Both the position numbers and the translations under genes were made by a program. Of a stretch of 64,000 bases of DNA, positions 1-10,200 are shown piece after piece. Origin of the DNA: an uncultured virus (IMG/VR IMGVR_UViG_3300031834_000003). Its lineage: Duplodnaviria > Heunggongvirae > Uroviricota > Caudoviricetes. The DNA is taken from IMG/VR virus record IMGVR_UViG_3300031834_000003, one strand, 5' to 3'. How positions within the stretch are numbered: the first letter of the stretch is position 1; the number at the start of each line of letters is the position of its first letter. The notes beneath the pieces were generated by a model that saw only the letters and a program-made list of their open reading frames with translations, had not been told where the DNA came from and ran no database searches.

Positions 1-171
1 GTCTGGGGCATTGCAGAACGACCCTTCATCTACCCTCTCCCGAAGATTGATGACGCACAAATCATCAACCGGTTGGGTTGGAGAGGTGTCTGGAAGTTCC
101 AGCAATTCCGTCCCGAGTACTACGAGGTCCATCTTTCCGCTGGTTCAGCTGACCCAATCTTAGGTCCGTAG
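1..171 (+). CDS. Major capsid protein, C-terminal fragment (truncated by window start)
   Basis: Frame 1 is open from base 1 to TAG at 169-171 (…GIAERPFIYPLPKIDDAQIINRLGWRGVWKFQQFRPEYYEVHLSAGS…). It resembles an HK97-fold capsid C-terminus and lies upstream of head-tail genes. Confidence 0.6.
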   Translation, partial: VWGIAERPFIYPLPKIDDAQIINRLGWRGVWKFQQFRPEYYEVHLSAGSADPILGP

Positions 172-179
172 GACTAGCA

Positions 180-833
180 ATGACTACGACTTGGCTGGAC
201 TTCTTAGCTGACCTCCGCGAGGAATTACAGGATACTAGTACCACTCCTCGTTGGACAGACGCATATCTGTTTTCCCGTACTAAGGATTCAATTCGAGAGT
301 ACTCGAGTTGGTTCCCTCGTCGGATAGACCGTGTTGCTCTGACCGCCTCTGGGAGTGGCTATACTCTTCCTACAGACTTCGTTGAGGACATTAACTTAGA
401 AGTCCCCCAAGACACCTATCTAACGCGGCGCAATGCGGAACAGGGCAAGTCGTACTTGTCCGGTGGCGCATTATCTCATTACTACACCTCTGGTGGAAAG
501 TTGTATATGAATGCCACCAATGAGGGTGGAGATGCAGTTCTCCTGACATACTTCGCAGTTCACTCCCTACCAGCCTCGGTAACAGATGCAGTATTTACAT
601 TTTCTGTTCCCGAGATGGATATGGAGCTAATTCGCTTGTATGTTGAGATTCAAGTGCATTCTCAGATGAGAGCCAAGCAATCTAGGCTGGACAGGTTCGA
701 GCAAGGTTCTGGGCGGCGGGATGATAATCCATTGCTCCCAGAGACAAACTCCGAATACAAAGAGTACTACCAGAAGATTGCCCAAAGATTACGAGGTGGT
801 GCAGTTATGCTGTACTACACAGGCAGGTCATAA
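180..833 (+). CDS. Putative head-tail adaptor/connector
   Basis: 217 aa directly after the capsid. N-terminal 'LREELQD..PRWTDAYL' and 'YTLPTDF' patterns are typical of adaptor proteins. Confidence 0.55.
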   Translation: MTTTWLDFLADLREELQDTSTTPRWTDAYLFSRTKDSIREYSSWFPRRIDRVALTASGSGYTLPTDFVEDINLEVPQDTYLTRRNAEQGKSYLSGGALSHYYTSGGKLYMNATNEGGDAVLLTYFAVHSLPASVTDAVFTFSVPEMDMELIRLYVEIQVHSQMRAKQSRLDRFEQGSGRRDDNPLLPETNSEYKEYYQKIAQRLRGGAVMLYYTGRS

Positions 834-1396
834 TGCCCGATACTGGTATCCATGACGCAATTATCGAGAAGGTTGTCCTAGCTCTTGAGAGGGCAATGAT
901 AACCGATATCGATGCTGGCAATGATACCAGGGCAGGAGTTGTCATGGCGGGACCTCTGCAAGGAGACCCTGACCCTGACGTAGCTCGCATTAGTGTGACT
1001 GTACACGAGAATGACCCTGATGAGTTCACCAATGGTATGCCGACAGGCACTGACCGAAGCTGGATGGACGAAGTTGAGGAAATCGAAATTGGTGGTGCAG
1101 TTACCTGGAAGAGACGTTTCACCACAAAGGCAAGATGTTTGCTCGATGTAACTCGTGAAGACTTAGATAATGCCAGACGGATTGCCTCAACTGTAAGGTC
1201 CCGGATTGAATATACGTTACTTGGTATTTCCTTCTCGGGAATTATGGAGAACGGTGAATACGTGTCAAGACCAGTTATCTCAGAAGAGATGACTAATGAG
1301 ATGCTACAAGCTGGTGGTCCACCAGATAGTTATGACTTCCTGATAAAAGTGCGGTTCAGTCTCTTGACTACAACTGCACCAAGGTTCAATGGATAG
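833..1396 (+). CDS. Putative tail terminator/neck protein
   Basis: 187 aa, coupled to the previous gene (TAATG), located between adaptor and tail tube. Confidence 0.45.
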   Translation: MPDTGIHDAIIEKVVLALERAMITDIDAGNDTRAGVVMAGPLQGDPDPDVARISVTVHENDPDEFTNGMPTGTDRSWMDEVEEIEIGGAVTWKRRFTTKARCLLDVTREDLDNARRIASTVRSRIEYTLLGISFSGIMENGEYVSRPVISEEMTNEMLQAGGPPDSYDFLIKVRFSLLTTTAPRFNG

Positions 1397-1405
1397 GAGT
1401 TTGCT

Positions 1406-1732
1406 ATGGATAAGAAAAAAGACGATTATGGAACAGACTTCCCAGAAGAGGTTTCTTTGGTGTCTGCTCCAGCCCGCAAGCCCAAACCTGTGAAAGATTT
1501 TCCAGCGCTAGAAGAACTTCCAATCCCAAGCGAGGAAGACCTGCTCAGGGCAATGGGCGATGTAATCACCGATGACGCTAAGTTGGCAGAGCTTATGACC
1601 ACTTATGAAAGTCTATATCCAGATACTCTCTGGAAGGCAATGCAGTTTCTGAACACTCCCGGCCCAAACTGCAAGACCGTCAAGAAGAGTAGCCTTGGAG
1701 AATGGATGGTTTATGAGTGGGGAAAGCGCTGA
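1406..1732 (+). CDS. Hypothetical protein
   Basis: 108 aa with a GGAG ribosome-binding site. Confidence 0.6.
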   Translation: MDKKKDDYGTDFPEEVSLVSAPARKPKPVKDFPALEELPIPSEEDLLRAMGDVITDDAKLAELMTTYESLYPDTLWKAMQFLNTPGPNCKTVKKSSLGEWMVYEWGKR

Positions 1733-1767
1733 TATCAGGCGTCCTGAGTTCATGAAAGGACTTTACT

Positions 1768-3441
1768 ATGACCGCTTCTGAAGGAAGTTTTCTGGGGTTC
1801 GCACCCCAAGATTCCAAAGGTGTTCCGAACCGGACTAGCGCCGAGTTCAAATACCTGCTGTTTCGCCAGGGTCAGGCTGCTCCTCAGTCTATCACTGTGC
1901 CTCTTGACCCTGAGGTTGGCGGCGGCGCTATGCTCCGTTCCGTTGCCAAAATGGGTGTGTCTGCTGCCGCTGCCGTAGACTTCGTGCCTCGCCCTGCCTC
2001 TCTGGGCATGTTCCTGAAGGGTGCTACGGGTTGGGTGTCTAGCCGGAAGAACTTTGTCAATGTTCTGGCTCAGCACGACATGGACGCATCGACCCATACC
2101 ACGCCCTTCGCTAACTCTGCCTCTGCTGCTACCAAGATGTGGATTTGTGGCAGTGGTGGTGTGGCTGGTGAGGTGACCATCAACTTTGGTGTTGGTGATG
2201 CCGCGGCAAAGACTTTGACTGGTGTTACTACTCAACTTACTACCAAAGTCTTCAAGACTGTATCTCGGCTTGAGATTCCTCCATTACCGGCTGGTAGTAT
2301 AGCTACCTCGGTTGCATTTACCGATACCATTGGTGGTGTAATCCATGCGGCAATCTCGCTGACTGCGGTTCGTCAGACTCATGGGGATTGCGGTGCGCTC
2401 ACTGCTAGTGTAGTGAAGGTGACCAGTGTCAATGACCAACATGCAGCTGGTTATACTCTGCGTATCTGGGGTACAGACTCCTCCGACCATGTAATCGATG
2501 AGACGATGTTCGTCTATCCCTACGAGATGTTGGAAACTGCTACGGCTATCAATGCTGGCGCTCTCACCAATGTCAAATTCGGTGCGACGGACGCCGGTGC
2601 GGAGAAATGCGTTTGGGTTCAGTATCATGATGGTTCCTACACTCACGAGTTCACCCTGAGTCAATGGGACAACTTCGATGCTCCCTGGTACACCATCCGC
2701 AATGCTCCTGGTGGACTGTGGGGTGAGGAATATCTCGATGGGCGTATCAACACCCTCGGTCTGGAATTCCGAGCCGCGCAGTTCCTTGGTGGTGCAGTTG
2801 GCGCTCTGGGTATCACGCCTGCACGTGTAGCTGGTACCGGTGCTGAGCCTGCCTATGAAAACTGGAGTGCGTTGACCTACGTGGACAGCGGTCCCCAGTT
2901 TATCGCTCCTCTGGCTGATATTGAGCTCCCGAGCGGTACGAATGTCTGTGTCTTACAGGGCACGCTTGCCTGTGCAATGCAAATCCCCCTGGATGAGCAG
3001 TTCTGCATTGGTAGCTACTATCCTGAAAGCCTGGACATCGTTGGGCGTCAGTTCTCCATCAATATGCTCTTGAAAATCACGAGCGACGACCTGCCTACGC
3101 AGATGTTCTTTGACCCTGCTTACGCAGGTTCTGATGCAGCTGCCTCATGGGTAGCTGAAATCTTCCGCAATGCCAACTTCAAGTTGGAGTTCGTCTCCGA
3201 CCAGGATGCAGCGACTAACAAGCCGACTGGCGTTACCATTGACTACCGTCCTTACAAACTGAATGTCAATGGCAACCTCCTGACCGGTGATAGCGCCAAC
3301 GTGCTGTGGACTGCGGCACCTATCCCGATGCGAGCGCAGCGCCAGGTCCTGATGAACGTATCAGGCATGTTCGTTGCCTCACCCGTGAATACGGCTGACC
3401 CAATCAAGTTCACCTTGGTCAATCGGCAAGCGTACTACTAG
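1768..3441 (+). CDS. Major tail tube protein with inserted domain(s)
   Basis: 557 aa, beta-rich, with codon usage typical of a highly expressed gene. Contains 'YTHEFT' and lies upstream of the chaperone and tape measure genes. Confidence 0.65.
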   Translation: MTASEGSFLGFAPQDSKGVPNRTSAEFKYLLFRQGQAAPQSITVPLDPEVGGGAMLRSVAKMGVSAAAAVDFVPRPASLGMFLKGATGWVSSRKNFVNVLAQHDMDASTHTTPFANSASAATKMWICGSGGVAGEVTINFGVGDAAAKTLTGVTTQLTTKVFKTVSRLEIPPLPAGSIATSVAFTDTIGGVIHAAISLTAVRQTHGDCGALTASVVKVTSVNDQHAAGYTLRIWGTDSSDHVIDETMFVYPYEMLETATAINAGALTNVKFGATDAGAEKCVWVQYHDGSYTHEFTLSQWDNFDAPWYTIRNAPGGLWGEEYLDGRINTLGLEFRAAQFLGGAVGALGITPARVAGTGAEPAYENWSALTYVDSGPQFIAPLADIELPSGTNVCVLQGTLACAMQIPLDEQFCIGSYYPESLDIVGRQFSINMLLKITSDDLPTQMFFDPAYAGSDAAASWVAEIFRNANFKLEFVSDQDAATNKPTGVTIDYRPYKLNVNGNLLTGDSANVLWTAAPIPMRAQRQVLMNVSGMFVASPVNTADPIKFTLVNRQAYY

Positions 3442-3508
3442 AAATTGAAACTGGAGGGGAGAGGGTAATCTCCTTACTCTCTTCCCTCCACAAAAAGCGG
3501 AGGTAGTA

Positions 3509-4003
3509 ATGGTTGAGAAAGATGTAACACCTGAGTTCTCGGATAAGAAACCGATGTTTGCTGTTACCGAAAGACCAGCTTTCAACTTCGGAGCATACTC
3601 GGTATTGTCCGATGCAGAGTACCGTCTGAAAGAAGTTTCAGACTGGTACTGGAAATTTCGTCCAACCACTTCAATCGATGACCTGGAATACGCTAAGTTC
3701 CTGGATGCGTATTACGAGGCTCACAGCCCTCGTGCAGATGATTGGCTAGTTGCTGCATGGCGACAGTTAGCGATTAGCTTCGCTGGCACTAACATTCCAG
3801 AGTTGTCTTATCTGAATGCTTTGACCCCAGTTAGTGAGGTTGAAGCAATCGTGCAACAAATGCCTCTCAATTTAGTCGCTGAGTTATGGATAGCGCTTGG
3901 GAAGGCAAACCCTTTGTACGGACCACCCCCGGCTCCAAGTGCCCCTACAGAGTCGGAACCCGAGCAGACGAACTCGGAGAGCTTGAAGACCAAATCAAAA
4001 TAG
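3509..4003 (+). CDS. Tail assembly chaperone (gpG-like)
   Basis: GGAGG RBS, position between tail tube and tape measure, and an overlapping -1 frame ORF. Confidence 0.65.
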   Translation: MVEKDVTPEFSDKKPMFAVTERPAFNFGAYSVLSDAEYRLKEVSDWYWKFRPTTSIDDLEYAKFLDAYYEAHSPRADDWLVAAWRQLAISFAGTNIPELSYLNALTPVSEVEAIVQQMPLNLVAELWIALGKANPLYGPPPAPSAPTESEPEQTNSESLKTKSK

Positions 4004-4209
4004 CTATCCTTTCGGGACAGACTGATGACTATGCACTCAATATTATCCTTGGTCTGTTAGCGGAAGAAAAGGATGGGAGAGCACTCTACGACACTCCGTT
4101 AAAAGAGCCAGTCCTCTTGCGGCATATTCGCGGGTGGGTAAAAACTGCCCTCGAAGACCGCCAAAGTCTCAATGAGATGCAAGAGAACTTGGCATCACGG
4201 CAAGGCTAG
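3886..4209 (+). CDS. Tail assembly chaperone extension (gpT-like), probably reached by -1 frameshift
   Basis: ORF is in the -1 frame relative to 3509-4003. In-phase slippery heptamers A AAC CCT (3907-3913) and C CCT TTG (3910-3916). Confidence 0.55.
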   Translation: MDSAWEGKPFVRTTPGSKCPYRVGTRADELGELEDQIKIAILSGQTDDYALNIILGLLAEEKDGRALYDTPLKEPVLLRHIRGWVKTALEDRQSLNEMQENLASRQG

Positions 4210-4241
4210 GTCTCTGCCTCCCACCTAGCCTTGCTTTTTTT
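4201..4241 (+). terminator. Intrinsic terminator-like hairpin before the giant gene
   Basis: CAAGGCTAGGT…ACCTAGCCTTG stem followed by CTTTTTTT. Confidence 0.6.
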
Positions 4242-4253
4242 AGAGGTGATGAT

Positions 4254-7200
4254 ATGGCATTATCTGGCGAAGAGCTACAGAAAAGAATAAACGAGCGCTA
4301 CTCTGCGAAGGGAGCTAATCCGCGTCTTCCAGAGTGGCAAACATGGTTTACCAGACCACCAGATGTTAGGCGTCCTACTAATATGCTTTTGAGTTGGGAA
4401 GACCCTGAGGCTGAGCGTTATCCAGATGTTATGAAGACTTTCTCCAAGTGGAAAGAAGAAACTTGGAAGTTAGCAGCTCCAGGAGAGCAAGAATTTAATC
4501 CTAAAACTGGTCGGTATGAAGATACTAAGAGAACAAGAAAGGCTGATGCATTAGTAGAATTACAGGAGAAGTTTTTCCAAGAACGTATTGCTCAGGGTGG
4601 TATACCTATTCCTAGTGGTGGTGGTTTCAAGCTTATTACTCCATTGGATGATGAAGGCAATATAATTGGACAACAGGGTCTTGAAGAACGTGGACTTTTA
4701 TTCAATGAAGCTGTTGGGAAATTATCTAAACGTCTCAGTCGTTTCTTTCAACCTCATGTAGCACAGGGCGTATTCAATTTATCTCGTTTAGGAGATAAAG
4801 GTTTCCTTGAATTTGGTGGACAATTTGGTGAGGAAACTGCTAGTGAGGTTCCTACAGCACGTTATGATGCTATGGGTTATGTAGCTCGTGAGATGGTAGA
4901 TAAAGTATTCAAGAATTCACCTACAGAACTTCAAGAAAAGTACGCCAAGATAAATCGTTTACAGGTAACAATACAACGACAAAATCCAGAAAGTAAGTTA
5001 TTCGAGCAGATTAAGAGTCATGTTCTTGTTCTTCCTCAAAGTGAAATGCCTGGTCAGGCATTGATGGCATTTCAAGAAGGTGCTGGAAAGCCTGAGTTTG
5101 GCTGGGATTTAAGTAAGACTTCTAAGAAGTGGAAACCAACTGATACATACCTCGCTGTAGATGTTGGTTATAACATTCACGCCAATCCAGATGTGGACAT
5201 TCAAAGCTTTGTGAATATCTATCGCAAGCTTTTTACAAATCAGCAAATTAAAGGTTGGATGGACCTTGGATATGAAAAACGCTTTAGAAGTTTAGAGACT
5301 GGTAAAAGTGAAGAAGCAATTAGAGATATGTTCTCTGATGTTGATACTCCAGAGCAACAATTATCTCGTGAGAGTTTTGCTTTATTTGAATATGTAAAGA
5401 AGGGTGGAAAGATTACAGATTCAGCTGAGATGATTTCTTTCTGGACTGACCAGATGCTATCTAAGCAGTATAAGCAGTCCGAGAGAAGACTTGCTATACC
5501 TATTCCAGGAACATTTACAGGTGAGATGTCAGATGCTTTGACCTCGCCTGACCCAATGATAAGAGACTTGAAGAAGGGTCAGTCTTATGTAGATTTTGAG
5601 CGAGGCACTATCTTTATTAATCGCTATGATTATGAAGAAAGCTATCGAGATAGAAAAACAACAGCGCCTGAAATCCTCAGTGGTGGTGACCAGGATGACC
5701 AGTTACTTGGTATAGCTAATAAGAATATGGAGGGTGTACTAAACCGGCGTCCTATTGGTTTAGGTGAGTTTATTACAACTAAATTTACAAATACTCTGAA
5801 AGAATTTCAGGCACATGGTATCTATCCAACTGATGCTGATTTCAGTGTATTAGAGTCTATTAGAAATGTTGAGGATACACAGTTCCCTAAAGATAATCCA
5901 GGGGGAATATTACCTAAGCCCGAACCTTATCCAGCCAATAAGATTAAGAAGGGTAAATTCAGTATAGCCGATTGGGCAGCTTTTACTCTTCATAATATCT
6001 ATCCTAATATGTATACACTGGAGAAAGTTGTCAATGTCTCTATGGCAGAGCAACTAACTCTAGGAACAGAGACAGAACCTCGCCCAGCTCGCCTTAGCAA
6101 TGTTATTGACGCACAGCAAAAAGACTTTGGCACTCCAATGGATAAAGTTCGTGAGTGGGCTCGTGAGGCAGCAAGAAATCTCGCTAAGTATCCTCTTACT
6201 TGGATGGCTGCATCAAGAGCAGGTATTAAAGAATATACCCCACCAGAACCAGGACAGGAAGGTTATGAGTTTCAGGATATCCAGCAATATGCCTGGGAGC
6301 TTGAAATACGAACCAGGAATAGAGCAGCTGGATTAATGCAGAAAGCCTCTATGCCTTTAGAAGTAGTAAAACAAGCAAATCCAGAAGGTAATTTAGGTAG
6401 ATTACTTACTGGTAGATGGCAAGATGCTTTTGAAAAAGGAAGAGAAGGAAAAGATTACACTGCGGCAAATGTAGCTGCTATTGCAGCGCTTGATGAGCTA
6501 AAACCAGAAGAACAAGACCAGGCTATTCTTCAAGCAATGACTTCGGACTGGTCGGCTGAGTCTGGTAGCAATGCACCTGTAGCAGGAAGAAAGCGTTGGC
6601 TATGGTCAAAAGACATGATGCCCAGAACTATGGGTGCATTGGGTCGTGCTGGTTATCTCACGCAAGGTTCTTCTAGTACAAAAGAAAGACCTGCACTAGA
6701 AAGACCTACTGAGATGATAAATGTTGTAGCACAGAATGCTGAGAAGTATGACCTTGCTAATATTCCAGCAGAGAGAGCACGAGCGTGGTTATTAGGAAGT
6801 ACTATACGTTTTGAACAGTCAGAAAAAGGACAGCAAATATACGATGAGAAAGGTCATCATATATCTGATGTTTCTTCTGTTATGGCTGGAGGAACCAAAG
6901 ACTTAGTTAGTGGTAGAGTTAGCAAGGTATCATTTTATGAAAATCAACTTGTATTGGGACTTACTAATCCTCGCTATAATGACCGATTTCGAGACCCAGC
7001 ATATGAGAAGTTAACTCCTGAAGAGTTAGCTCAGACAATGGAGGATGTTGATGTAGTTGCTGGTATGGCACTAGATGGTCAATACGATGTATCTCAACTT
7101 CCTGTTGCTTATCAACGTGCCGTTGCAAAACGAATGGAAGATATTGCTAATCCTCCAGCGTTAGAAGAAAGACCTCAGGAACCTCCTGGACATCTAAAAA

Positions 7201-10200
7201 TGTCTCAGTTTGGTTATGATGAATCAGAATTCAAATCAGCATCTATGCCAGTAGAGAAAGAACGAATACTACAACAAGGTGCAATAGCAACTTGGAATAG
7301 AGAGTTCTCAGGTAAATCGTACTATAAAGAAATGGCTGATGAAGCTACTGGAGAACTAGAACCTCGTGGTCGTGCTTGGTGGAATAAAGTAAGGACTACA
7401 AAAGAGACAGCTGAAACAAGAGTAGGCTCAGCCGCTGGTTTATCTAGATATGCAACTGAAGACCCAAATGTATTTCGTATTCCATTACCTAATCCTGTTG
7501 TAAATAAAGCTATTAAGGGTGGATTAGAATGGTTACCATCCAAGACTAACTACGCTGAAGTCAATCTAGCTACAGGAAAAGCTGATTTAGCTGGCATCAA
7601 TATTTCTAGTGGGTCGGATGACCCATTTGCTGCTGCACTTACAAACCCAACTGAACTAGCTTTTAAAAAGGGAAAGATAAAAGGACACTACCCAGTGACT
7701 ATGGGTGAGGTTACTTATCCTGACGCAGAAGCTGCATGGCAAGCACTCAAACCACCACTGACAGAACCCAGCGAAAAACGCACTGGTGTAATGACAGATA
7801 TCTTAGAACAAAAGCTGAGACAGAATCCACAACTCGAAGCAGAGATTACTAATCGTGGTGGTGTTCCTTTCCTAGAGCGAAGTTCTCATTTATTGAAGGG
7901 TAAAAATTGGTGGGAGGGTCGTGGTACAGAAAGTCCCTTTATTAGTTCACTGGTAGCAGGTTATAAAAGATTGAGGGCTGAAGCACCCTCTTATCATGAG
8001 GTCAGTTCTTATCAGCGTGGTGATGCTACACCGGTTGAAGGACATGGCAGATTTAGAGCCGAAGCTCCTGGAGAAAATCCAAGAGCAATTGGAATACTTA
8101 ATACTTTATTTGGTGGAAAAGAGGTTAATAGAATTGCATTCTATGACCCAGTAGCAAACATGGGGGCTGTTAACGAAGAGTTTAGATTTCCAAAAATGAA
8201 ATCGAAAGATGATGTTTGGGCCGCGTCAGGAGCTAGTGTAAAAGCCGCTGTTCGTCATGAAACTGGTCATGCTATATATAGAAATATAGACCAAGGTCAG
8301 GAAATGAATTGGCATTTAGCTGTAGTTGACCGTTTTAATGAAAGTAAAAAAAGCGGAAAGAATATGTCAGAAGGTTTTATTACACCCTTTGAATACTATG
8401 ACATTCCAGAAGATATAGGTGGTCCTGCTAATAAAGAATTTGAAACACTCAAAAGTGAAGAGTTTGCACACCAGTATTCTCTAAATAAAGGTCATCCTCA
8501 TTTACAAAAACGGATGTATCCAAACTTTTATGAATACTTTGAAGGAGCAGATATTCGTGAAACAGTACATGAAGTTCTAAAAAAACCACCAAAGATGTGG
8601 GGAGTATCGTCTACTGGAATAAGACGACTAAAGGCTGAGGCTCCTCAAGGGTCAAACTATGATGTTCGTGTCAGTATGCCCTTTGCTCTTCAGAATATAC
8701 CTGAAGGTTGGTCACAAGCTAGACAGCCAGGACATCCTGAATTAACTTCACCAAACCAATATATGGCACCTCGCAGTTCAGTAACTCGTCAAGCTGCTGT
8801 AAGAGCCGGTATGGATTTATTCGAGGGGATAGTTGACCCAGATACTGGTAAGGTTAGAGAAGGTGCTCTTAGACATCAAGACAATAACCCACTCATTAAG
8901 TTTGCATTGGAATTCTTTGGAGGTGGAAAGAGTAAGCAGGCTGAACTAAATCAGTGGGTAGATACACTCGACGTAGAAAATAGAAAGTGGCTCGATGCTA
9001 CTATTGCTCCTTTCTATGCAGAGCAATCTATGTTAGCTGCGGAAGGACAAATAGGACAATCTTACTGGAGTCAATTACATAAGAAGTGGTCAGCAAAACT
9101 TGGTCTTCCTGCACACAGACAAGACTATAACACTGTATCAGGTTCCTACAATGATGTAATGAGGCGTAGGGCAGCCGGTCAACCACCTCAACAACCCCCA
9201 CCTCCTCCCCCTGTAGACTTCCCTGCTTCTGAAGAAGGTCCTGGAGGAGAGAGTTATGGTGGTGAACAATCATTCGGAGAAGAAGAAGGAGAAGTACCAC
9301 AAGAACCAGAGTTTGGACCACCTATAGATACTACACCAGTTGAAGAACCTCCTGAAGTAGAGGATTTTCGTGTTCGTGGTAGATATCCAATCTCGTTTGG
9401 TAAGAAAGCTAAGCCAACAGAGGCTATGCTTGCAACAATGAACGCGGGGAGGTCATTTCTTCTTTCTGCACCCACTGGTTCTGGTAAATCTCCATTCTTC
9501 CAGTATGTTGCTGCACTTAGCGATAAGTTCTTTATGCTTCTCAGTCCAAAAAGAATCATCTCAGAAATGCATCAGGATGACTTCAGGCAGCTTGCTCAAA
9601 TTCCTGGTTTCGTTGCATTCCGAGGTGACCCAGGTGCGCTTGACCCTGACCCTAATGTCATGGACCCTGAAAAGTACGCTAGTGAACGGGAAGCATATTC
9701 TACTCAACGTAATGATGTTATTTCAACATTACTTGGTGGTCGTAGAACAACAACTGGTTGGCAATTCGATACTACACTTCCAGGTCCTAAAGTAGTTGGT
9801 AGAAGCTACGAGGGTGGTGCTGGTCCAAAAGGTATGCTAGGAGAGGCTATTGCAGCATACGCTGAGAAGGGACAATTTGGTGGCATTATGATTGACGAGG
9901 GTCACAATATAATGGACCCAAGTCGTCCAATGATACGTGCTGCGATAGACTTCTATCGACAGATTGCACCAAATACACAGGTCGCCATAGTATCTGCAAC
10001 GATGACAAAATGGCAAGCTAACAACCTCGCTGAGTGGGCTGGCATTGATAGCGAGGATATGTTCCAGATAGCTAAAGAGAAAGACCCTCGCAAAAAAGGT
10101 AAGCTTTATTCCATACCTGGCATTCGGTTTGAGAATAAAGGTAAGGATATGGATAAGCTGATTGGTGATGCCGTAGAAGAGTATGGACACTCTATGGTAT

